Shown: positions 23,215-34,200 of the stretch, piece after piece
Position numbering within the stretch: the first letter of the stretch is position 1
How the letters are laid out: every line of letters begins with the position of its first letter
NCBI GenBank assembly: GCA_030141605.1
Contig: JAQGDQ010000108.1
Location: forward strand, 372,001-436,000
Direction of reading: 5' to 3'
Length of the DNA: 64,000 bases
From: Tubiluchus corallicola
Lineage: Eukaryota; Animalia; Priapulida
Program-made: the position numbers and the translations under genes
Notes under the pieces: model-generated
The model's input: only the letters and a program-made list of their open reading frames with translations
Told to the model about the DNA's origin: nothing
Database searches by the model: none

Positions 23215-24457
23215 CATTCCACACGCAATGCGTTGGCTAGCTCTAACAGATCTTGCTGCTGAGCCTCATACACAATATATGACTTTAGCAGTCGTTTTAA
23301 CAGCATGTCATCTCTGTATAATAATCGACCACCAGTCTTCCATATGTCTAACTCATAGTTATACTCAGTGCACGGTGATGGGCAGCCGCATTTCTCTATG
23401 TCCAGTGTTTCATAAATACGTTCAAAAAGGCATGAACAAGCTAAAGACTCTGACTGATTAGGTGACCTAATACACGCATCCTTGCAAAATGGCACATCAT
23501 CTTTGCCAGTAATGTGTTTCACAAAACCACTGTGCTTTGGAAAATCGAAAAGTGTATATCCGCAGACTTCTAATGCAAAGCGAACCCAACAAGTCCACTG
23601 GCATTTAACCGTAGAATAGTCATAATTTTTTGCTGATGCATAAATGTCAAAATGTTCATATCTTTCTTTCATTGTCTCCTTTTCATACTCGATTCATGAG
23701 CCTCCATCTTTTTGTGACAAGCGAACTTGTGAAATGTTGTTTACTTGTACTTCGACTAGCTCGCCACCAGTTGTAAACTTCCAATCTGATCCAGCATACA
23801 GTTTAGGTGAATGAACATTAAAATAATAGCCAATCATAAAGTATTCATCATAGTTATGGCCTTGACGGTTTAGTGGTGGTAATGTTGCCAATAGAGCAAT
23901 TGGTGTTTCAAGTTTAATATGCATAATCAGGGGTAAATCCTTTGCTCTTACATATTTGTCACTAACCAAGTGCTTGTTTGACGGATAAGCAGTGATGCAG
24001 TTCAAACTATCATATACTGCACTCACTATTGAACAGTTCCCCTGTAAAAGAAATTGTTGACCAAACGAGCAGGTCACTTTGTTTCTAAAAGAATCGTTGC
24101 TGGCCACTGAATATCCTTGATTTCCAATGGATGCATTATTCATCGCCGATTCAACACTTTTCCCTTGTTGTACGATAAGCTCATCCAAAATTGGTAAAAT
24201 GTCAGCAACAAGTGCGCTATAACCTCTTGCATCGCACACCGATAGAGCTGGGTATTCTAGTAGCTCATTATGCACTGGGACCATCTTTATTTGTGTGGTT
24301 CTGCTCAGGTATTTGGACAATCTTATTCCAGCCGCGAGTAAAAAAGCGATACTAGCAGCAACGAATAAGAAGCCTCAAATTAAACGTGCAAATTGTGTTC
24401 TTGCACCACCAATGTTCCCAATGCCATGTGTAGCCGACTTCTGACTGAAATCTGTAA
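23215..24457 (-). pseudogene. Internal DEG/ENaC gene fragment (no start, no TM2), pseudogene
   Basis: Copy of the channel CDS from about DFSQKS to ALRxE, most similar to 25097-26692 (DARGYSAL, YAGSDW). TGG>TGA in TM1 near 24375 and TGT>TGA at 23694-23696. Both flanks match unit-1 intergenic DNA at about 7385 and 7430. Confidence 0.9.
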
Positions 24458-25096
24458 AAACTGACTTTAGAAACACTATCATTAAGAAGTCTCATTTCGT
24501 TGATATATTTGTCCATTAGGCTTGACGAACACACTGAATGTCAATAAGCAGTTGAGCTTATAGCAGTCGAACTAATTAATAATAAGATGTAAACAGCGTA
24601 AACACTTTAATTCTTTCTTAACTATTCTATTTTAGACGTTACTTGAGTACAAACACGTAGAAGAACATTGTTGGCTGTAGGGAATGCAATCACATTATCA
24701 TGTGCTTGTCATGTACTCCATAACTTTGCTACATTCTGCTCCAAGCAAAAAGCATAGAACACTTAAAATAAAAGTCATACTCCCTCTATTCTACTAATAT
24801 CTATACTAATTAAAATGATTTAGCTATGCCTGATAATATATTGTAATACACAAAACAGTTTAAAAGTCAAATTGACAGCAAATTGTTACAGAAATGCACA
24901 CAATAAAAAGAAATAAAATTCAAAGTATTAATCAACTCTATATAGTTATACAATATATATATACATATATATCTATATCTATATATATATATATCCGAGT
25001 CTCTGCTGCAGTTATATATACAATGTACGACATATAGTTATATAGCTATATAGTTTTGTTTAGACTAATTAATCTTTGCATTGACATTAATATATT

Positions 25097-26692
25097 TCAC
25101 GTTGTGTTCACAACATTATTTAGCCTCTTAAAATACTGTTTAATTAATGTGAACAGAAACTCTATCCATTCACATACAGCAACAGCTGACAGACCAATGC
25201 AAAGTCCAGCTAATCCACCAACGTCTGATGCCCAATCTGTCAATGTGTAGTCAATACGCTCTTCAAGCTGTTCGGTAACTGCAGCAGAAACTCGGACTTT
25301 GATTGTGTTCCACTTCATAGGATAAATCATTTCTCTGAACTGCCTGTGTAAATTTGCCACAGTGCTGTCATTTTCATATCCCCATTCCGCACGCAATGCA
25401 TTGGCTAGCTCTAACAGATTTTGCTGCTGAGCCTCATACACAATATATGGCTTTAGCAGTCGTTTTGACAGCATGTCATCTCTGTATAATAATCGACCAC
25501 CAGTCTTCCATATGTCTAACTCATAGTTATACTCAGTGCAAGGTGATGGGCACCCACATTTCTCTATGTCCAGTGTGTTAGAAATACGTTCAAAAAGGCA
25601 TGAACAAGCTAAAGACTCTGACTGATTAGGTGACCTAATACACGCATCCCTGCAAAACGGCACATCATCTTTGCCAGTAATGTGTTTCACAAAACCACTG
25701 TGCTTTGGAAAACCAGAAAGTGTACATCCGCAGACTTCTAATGCAAAGCGAACCCGACAAGTCCACTGGCATTTTACCTTAGAATAATCATAATTTTTTG
25801 CTGATGCATAAATGTCAAAATGTTCATATCTTTCTTTCATTGTCTCCTTCTCATACTCGATACATGAGCCCCCATCTTTTTTTGACAAGCGAACTTGTGA
25901 AATGTTGTTTACTTGTACTTCGACTAGCTCGCCACCAGTTGTAAACTTCCAATCTGATCCAGCATACAGTTTAGGTGAATGAACATTAAAATAATAGCCA
26001 ATCATAACGTATTCATCATAGTCATGGCCTTGACGGTTTAGTGGTGGTAATGTTGCCAATAGAGCAATTGGTGTTTCAAGTTTAATACGCATAATCAGGG
26101 GTAAATCCTTTGCTCTTACATATTTGTCATTAACCAAGTGCGTGTTTGGCGGATAAGCAGTGATGCAGTTCAAAGTATCATATACTGCACTCACTATTGA
26201 ACAGTTCCCCTGTAAAAGAAATTGTTGACCAAACGAGCAGGTCACTTTGCTTCTAAAAGAATCGTTGCTGGCCACTGAATATCCTTGATTTCCAATGGAT
26301 GCAATATTCATAGCCGATTCAACACTTTTCCCTTGTTGTGCAATAAGCTCATCCAAAATTGGTAAAATGTCAGCAACAAGTGCGCTATAACCTCTTGCAT
26401 CGCACACCGATAGAGCTGGGTACTCTAGTAGCTCATTATGCACTGGGACCATCTTTATTTGTGTGGTTCTGCTCAGGTATTTGGACAACTGTATTCCAAC
26501 CGTGAGTAAAAAAGCGATGCTAGCAGCAACGAATAAGAAGCTCCAAATTAAACGTGCAAATTGTGTTCTTGCACCACCAATGTTCCCAATGCCATGTGTA
26601 GCCGACTTCTGACTGAAATCTGTAAGAACCTCCCGAAATGAGGAATGCGACCTTCCTGTATCAACTGGTTTTGACATTTTAGTTGTGAACAT
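25097..26692 (-). CDS. DEG/ENaC subunit, copy 2, intronless CDS
   Basis: 531 aa, about 91% identical to 8050-9645 by manual count. THG, TM1, YPALSVC, Cys-rich thumb, and SDVGGLAGLCIGLS in TM2. Confidence 0.92.
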   Translation of the reverse strand: MFTTKMSKPVDTGRSHSSFREVLTDFSQKSATHGIGNIGGARTQFARLIWSFLFVAASIAFLLTVGIQLSKYLSRTTQIKMVPVHNELLEYPALSVCDARGYSALVADILPILDELIAQQGKSVESAMNIASIGNQGYSVASNDSFRSKVTCSFGQQFLLQGNCSIVSAVYDTLNCITAYPPNTHLVNDKYVRAKDLPLIMRIKLETPIALLATLPPLNRQGHDYDEYVMIGYYFNVHSPKLYAGSDWKFTTGGELVEVQVNNISQVRLSKKDGGSCIEYEKETMKERYEHFDIYASAKNYDYSKVKCQWTCRVRFALEVCGCTLSGFPKHSGFVKHITGKDDVPFCRDACIRSPNQSESLACSCLFERISNTLDIEKCGCPSPCTEYNYELDIWKTGGRLLYRDDMLSKRLLKPYIVYEAQQQNLLELANALRAEWGYENDSTVANLHRQFREMIYPMKWNTIKVRVSAAVTEQLEERIDYTLTDWASDVGGLAGLCIGLSAVAVCEWIEFLFTLIKQYFKRLNNVVNTT

Positions 26693-28296
26693 CTAGTTTG
26701 TAGGAATGTTTGCGACAACTTAGAAAAAATTCCCCTAATTTCTCGCCTAAATAAATGACAAATTAATGATCATGGTCATTTGTCTTCACAAACAATAAGT
26801 AAGAAAATGAAATATTATCGACTGTTACTGTTTTTGCACAAGCAGACACTGCAGGCATTTACTAATTGCAACAATATTGCTGTCTTTCTCTATTTGTCAA
26901 TGGTGTATTTTATTTCCCTGCTTTATTCAACCGATAATGGCTCGGTGTTGTGAGCTCTCTAACGGCCGACTTCATTCAGTTGACATTATTTATTGCAGCA
27001 TAGTGTTTTCTGTTATCATATCTGAGTTTACAGAAGTGCCTGTAATGTATCCCTGCTGTTGTTACAAAAGTCAGCAAACCTGCATGCACGTTCAATAACA
27101 AGTGAAACCAGGTAAAAGCTTTATTTTCTATAATACTTTCATTCTGTGTTGTTTGCTGAAACATTGTTCGAGTCACTTTCTGTTGCCTAGTTACGATGCA
27201 GCTTGTTAATTTACATGCAAGCACTAATGGTGTACTATTAAGCATTTTCCTGGATAAATGGTATTTACCATTATAGTTTCATTTTGGTTTGCAGTCACTA
27301 ACAATGACCGCTTGAATGAAACCCACCCATAATGCTGAAGAAAGGGAAAAGTGTTGTCACTATGTTTAATTAACTCACTCACACAAAACCATGACAATGC
27401 CACATTCTAGATCAGTTACTTCTAATCTATTTTGTGAAAAATTATGGTATTAAACTCACTTAAACATGCCAAGGGATTCTCGCTCTGTTTGGGATCAACC
27501 CACTAAATTAAATGTACTTTTGCTAGAGCAGCTCATGCACTTGACTGGCCTAAGTAGTACTTTATCTCTTTGAATTTCTAGAAATGCATACTAGTGCTGT
27601 CCAGCAAAAGTGTTAACTTGGAGAAAACAATCCCATACAACACAACAAGGCGCCCCAGTCAGCAACAGTGACAAAAGTAATAACGAATCCTGTGTATTCG
27701 AAATTTAACAAAATACACACACCAGCCATACGTGTATTTATTTTTATCTGTAAATTCTCACAACTTTATTTCACCATTAAAAATTTACACATGTACTGCA
27801 AGATATTGATGAAATGAATAAAAACCTTAGGTTTGCATTAAAAACAAAATTTTATGACAGCTAATTTAACGTGATTTTCTTACGAACTTTTATGGCACTA
27901 AAACACTTCTACAGTTTCACAAGAAATGGAACATTTATGCACATCAGTAAGTATCAAACTTGGAATGTCTACAGCTTAATAATAACTAGAGCCCATTATA
28001 ACATTTTTTTCATCTGAATAGTGACAGATACAGTGAATCAAAAATTTCCACTAGGGTAAAGGCATCTTAAAACATACAGCGAACCACCGATAGGTCAATA
28101 ACAAATGTACAATCCTGCAAGTAGCCAATAATTTTCAGTATTGCAATATTCACAGTTCACATTCATACAATGTTCATAATTTTATTTTGCGAATCTTTAG
28201 TAAAGCAAGCCATACACCATTTCTTTAAAAAATTAACTAACGCGTACTGTAATAATTAAGAACAAACCAAAGCTTAGAACGAATGTGCAGAAATTC

Positions 28297-31200
28297 TCAG
28301 TCATCTTTGCTTTCTTCCTGTTCATCTTTATCTTCTGCTTGCCCATTCACTTCAGCAGGGGGAGATTTTGAGTGGGATCTAGAGCGGGATCTCGATCTAG
28401 AACGCGACTTGGACTTTTCCTTGTCTTTGTCTTTGGCATTCTCGTTGTCTCCAGATTTCTCTTCGTCTTTTTCCTTGTCATCCTTGTCTTGAGATTTGCT
28501 ACGCGAACGAGACCTGACAGGGGAAGAGAAGAAGCATCAAACTACAAGAAGAGCAAATCTAATAATTACTGTCAAATTTTTGTGAAGATTTTTTTATAAA
28601 CATGGAGACGTAAGTTCATTCAGTGTAACACTCATAACTTTGTTTTCATCAGTGTAACATTCAAGAACAATTATATTACTGTCAGGTTTATAGCAAGTAT
28701 ATGCAAAATCGGCGATTTGGAAAATAAGTGCAGCAATACTAGCTAACTTGGTTCCCAATGATTACTAAAGTCATTACAATAAACCAAACAAAATCTGTGC
28801 AAAATGTACAACTAGATTGATTGAAGCTTAGAACTACTTCAGTAAACTAGTTAAATATTAAAATATAGCCTCTTGCTTCCAGTTTGTTAGTGCCGAATAA
28901 TAAAAAAAGTAAAAAATAGCAAAGAACATACAAATTCATGTAATCCGAGACTATGAAAAACATTCCTTACCTTGAACGAGATTTTGAACGAGAACCGCTG
29001 CGGGAACGAGATCTTGAACGACTGTGCGAACGAGAACGGGAATGGGAACGACGACTGCTACGCGGCTTGTCCTCAACAAGTTTAATCCTGCGTCCACTTA
29101 ACTCGTAATCGTCAAATTTCTCTATGGCATTCTTCATATCCGAATAGCTAGTGAATTCTACAACACTGAAAAACAACTTTCGCTAGATACAAACTAAAAA
29201 TGCCGAACCTTTCTAAAAAAAATAGATATTTGCCTAGAAACTTTCAAACAGTTTAATGCATAGCATCATTTCATTTTGCCTCAAACATGTATTAGTTCAG
29301 TGTAACTGAACCGTTTAACATTATGAAGGCTGTTTACTTTTCTCACTTCCCTAGAGTTGCTGTTTATTTGTAAATCTTCCCCAAATTTTCCTCCTGATCA
29401 GGATGGGATAGGTCCCCTCACATCCCCTTTACTACCATGACAAACTCTTGAGATGACTTCATCTCACTAATCGTAATACATCCATCGGGTTCTGGTGTCT
29501 GTCATTTGTCAACTACTAATGTTTACTGTTTTTATAATAAGCATTTTCACACTTCCGTTATGTGCATGTGCAGTGTAGACCAAAGGTTAAGCGAATCCAG
29601 CACATGGAGCTTAACTACAACAGTCGTGTGACCTTGTGCATGTAACTAAATGTAGGCGAAATGGGTGAAACACGTGGCTATTTTTATTGCATGCTACACT
29701 GTATAATTTTGAACTAACTAATAAGTTATTCTTCTCCGAAAGCATTTAGCAAAATAGCAGCGGCAATCCACGTAAAATGCAATACTTGAGTGAAAATAAC
29801 ACCAAGAACTGTTACTATTACAATAGCATTACTATTGGCTCAAGGCATTGTCAAGTGTAGACAAATGTATTGTTTGGTTCAGATATCGTTGTTAGGTTCA
29901 CTTAACCATTGACCTTTTCATGATCATCATCAATCGCTGGAACTACGAAAAGGCTTATTATGTACTTTGATTACAAATGGCTTTGTTAAATCAAGACAAG
30001 TAGAGATGAAAAATAGATACATATTTTTAAACAGAACTGAAATACCTTATCTGCCACTATAATCATCACCAGTGAAATACATTGAAATACAAAGCCATTG
30101 GACTGTCAGAAAGCCATGTGAAAAGAATGCAAACGCTTTGCAGTTTAATAAGAAAAAAGCTTGTTCCAAGCTAAAAATGAAAAATTTTTAAAAAGAAAGC
30201 CTACTTAATATCTATGTATAAAATGAACCCTCTCCTAATATGTAACACTACTTTTAATACTAGCTAGCTTTTGCTTATAATTTTACGTACAGATTTGCTT
30301 ACGTAACACATTGCCTATCTTTAATATATTTCTACTGTATGCCAAACTTTCCATTATTAGATTTAAACTTTTGTAGATGCTTCAAGGAAATAAACAGTAA
30401 GTCTTCAAAAACATTAGCATTGCACTTACGATGATAGCGGCGATATCTGAAACATTTTAGCTTTAATTAATGGCTTTGCTTTTTATAAAAACGGTTGATA
30501 TAAGCAGGTATGAGAATGACAAATTGCAAAAAACTCTGAAACAGGCCGGGGGTTTGGGGGGCCGGGTAGGCCACAGAGAACCTCTAAGTGGACTTAAAAT
30601 ACCAGTTACTTTGTTTCGTGCATAATTCAAAATATTCAACTATCAAGGATACATGATACCTAATTGTCTCTAAAACGCCTAAGTACTGGCCGCTCCTATG
30701 CAAAAGTATATAAAAACTGTCTGCAATTGACTCAAATAACTCTGCACAACTGATTCAATATTTTTATACATAGAGATATGCACGTGGTTACACTGATGTA
30801 CATGATGTAAACAAAGTGACAGCCTGCCAACTAGCGGTCAGCTTATGAAATAATGTACTGGGTCCGTAAAAATTTTCTCAACGAATTTACTCGATTGACA
30901 AAAATGGCACTACTGGTCTTGCAAAAACTCGGAATTCTCATCCCTGTATAAGAATTGCTAATTTCCTGACTTCCGATATGAATCAAAACAGTTACTAAAC
31001 AATGCCAAAGTGCCATACATACCCTTCGTTACGGCGGCCTTTATGAGCATCTGCATAAGTGACTTCTCCAGCTTTACGCATCAAGTCCTTCAAGTCCTGA
31101 TAACAACAAACACAAATGGGTGGACTACACTCATATTTTTCACAAGTGCTCAGCATCATTGAAAGTTTGTTAGATACAGCTAATTTCATTCTAAATTAGA

Positions 31201-34200
31201 GCACAATTCCAGTCATGGAATTTCCCACAAATGTTAGTTATAATAAAAATACCGAGCAGAGACGAGTCATGCACCTGAACAGGGATTTGTCGGTTTCTGT
31301 TGCTACTATCGTCAGTTGAGCAGTTCAAATTAACAGTTTGCCTTTTTTAAAGAATGAATTTGTATATTTGTCAATCATAAAGTGAACCTTGATTCATCCA
31401 TCACTTAATTCTTGAGTAAGATGACTACTATTAGTGGACTGATTAAAGCATTTACCGCAGTGTGCCATAATTTGTCAAGTTACAAGACACTTTCGGTGTT
31501 TTAACTCCTCGGCATACGTTATGCAGTATTAAAAACGTGTAAAATCAGGAAATTTCAGATTAGAATGCAAATACTGTATGCACTGAAGCACTAAAAAAAT
31601 TTTGTGTTTACAAAAATATTAAATGTAGGCTCAATTTATGAATAACGTTGTGCATGAACACTAAAAAGATAGCCAAGATTACCTCAAGATTTATACAATT
31701 GATGGGAGACCTAGCAATGCCAACACGGTACACGGCCACACGGTTATAACAGCCACTAGGGGCACCTGGATGCGCCAGGATATGTGGAGTAGCACCAATG
31801 CGTCTGCCTGCCATTTGGTAGTTTTTGACACGGATTCTCCAGCATGTAATTCCAGAAATGTACATAGACGTACAGAATGGATGATAAAACAACACATAGG
31901 AATTCAATGGTTGGGTTAACTTCAGTAAGAAAAGCTTCGAGGACAAGACAACTGAAATACCGGTGCAAAAGGAGAAACAAAAAAGATACATAAAAAACAA
32001 ACAAGGCTACGCAAAAACAGCAATTTTTACCAACTACAGAAAGCTAAAGCAACAAATGCAAACGAAGTAACCAACATTAACACACAATCATACGAACAAA
32101 AAGTATTGGGCACACTTAAACACAGAAACTCGACAAATATATCACAGCAGAAACATTGCTGTACAAGATCAATAATATCAATGAAATTTTTTAGCATTGA
32201 CTTATCAACTGTTCACAGAACATAAGATACGTCAATGGATTCCAAAAAGTAAAATTTCAAATTTGTCCTGCTGAAGCAATCACCACATAGTGCGATTACT
32301 CGAGCCTGGACAAAAAGCATGATGATCTACGTCAAGATATGTTGCGCCGCCTAGTGTCCACCCTCACTGCGCTTCAGCTCGGTAGTGAAAAGCCGCTTGT
32401 GGTTGCCAAGTGTAGCAACTTCAGATGTGGACTTGCCAGGGAGACCACACGATGCTGACGTGTTGATAATGGTTGTGGGTGATTCAAATGGGCCCTGTCC
32501 AGCCCATTTGCCTAATCTGGCCCCTAAATGGTACCCGTGCTATGACCACTTTAACCACCAGCCAAAGGCGGAACCTACAGAATTTACACGACGCCTTGAA
32601 AAATTAGTGCTGCATTTTAATAAATCTAACAGAAAGCCACAACAAACATACACTATCCAGTGTTCTAGCTATAGTGGTCTCTTACAAAATACTGAAAGGA
32701 CAAATTGAATTTCTTCGAACTGAAAAAACTTTATAAAATCGTTTTGTAAATGCAACAGGATTTCTTCGTCACAGCCAAACTTATTGCACAGACTGTCGCA
32801 TCAGTCAGTCAATAATCTCCCAGTCAGCAACAGGCCATCAAAATTATGGACAATCAGACCGAAATATTCATAATGCATAATATCCCTAGACATTTACAGA
32901 AGTAGAAAATTAGCACGAGGCAAAGCCAGCATTACTCCACATTAATTTCATCAAATCCGTGAAACAAATACTACACAATTTAAAAAAAATTGTATCAATA
33001 GCTAGAACACTGTTTTTAAGGTAACACGTATGCCACATATTATCAATGCCTAAGTACTGGACAGCAGTCCTACTGCAGCACAACTTAAATTAATTTGTTG
33101 TAATACTGGACCACCGGGTGCACCAAAACAAAATGTAGGGGTTACATTAAAACAACAAATATTTATTGTTGTTTCAGACAAAAGTAATTATATGATTCTC
33201 CCCACTAGAAGTCACAAAGATTTTTGAAAGCCCTTTGATTTCAAGAGAACCTTCAAGCAAGAAGAAGCTTACCGTCTCGCAAAAATTAAGCGGTAACCAA
33301 CATGTTATAAGTCTAAAGCAAGTGTGAGATGGATATGTTCTGAACTTTGGGAATTTAAAAATAAGTTCCATTTGAAAAAAATGGGTTTTTCAGACAGACC
33401 TCAAGAAAAAGTAGTCAGAAACTCAAAAATGTGCATAACTTTAATAACAGATTACAGCAAAAAGACTAATTTATAAAAATGCAATTTATTTTTGTGTCAG
33501 GTGAAGTCACGTGTACCACTGAGCGGAATCACAATGAACGAAAAATGGTTAAAAAAGGTTTCAATTTTGCATGCAGTTGTTAAAGATAATGAAAAAATAA
33601 ATCTCTTATGTTCAACAATTAAGAAGGACATCAGATTATCTAATCTTTCATTTATAATATTTTTTTCAATTTAAAAGATTTATTTTGCGCTAAAGTATCT
33701 TGTTCTTTAATAAATTTAATACTCACCCCAATGATTTAGGATGTGTTGTAAAAATAAATTTTTATTTAAAAAAAAATTAACTCTCTGAAATATGACATAT
33801 AAATGCTAAAGTTTAGAAGGGCTTTTGAACAGCTGCATATAACAGTAAACCATACTCCAAATATGAAGCACATTTCAAAATGAAACCACTCAATAGCATA
33901 TTTTCATACCTGCCAACTAACGCGACTGGATAAATTTTCAACTATGAGTCTGTAGTCTGTCCTTTGTGGTGGACCATAACGACTGAAACAGAGACGAAAA
34001 GTGTCATTTAGCATGTTGACAACATGGCATAAGCGTAATTAGAATGGAACAATCTGCAAAAATATGAATGATTGGCTTTTGCCAACTCAAGAATTAATTA
34101 GACCTCATAAATAATGCGTCAGTGCCTTTCCTTACTAAGACTTCATTTTAATGGTGAATTTTTGACCTAGAATTGCTAAAAGTCATATTCAAAAGTTTGG

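Larger units (their letters stand above)
18323..27234. repeat. Segmental duplication unit 2 (DAO-A, DAO-B, DEG/ENaC cassette)
   Basis: Colinear with 2373-12747. It carries an extra channel fragment (23215-24457) and lacks the divergent channel pseudogene (junction near 27088). Confidence 0.92.

Noticed and set aside
31608-32004. Overlapping 68-130 aa ORFs in the SR intron as a nested gene
   Set aside because: No domain resemblance and non-ATG or weak starts. The block is better explained as a poison exon.
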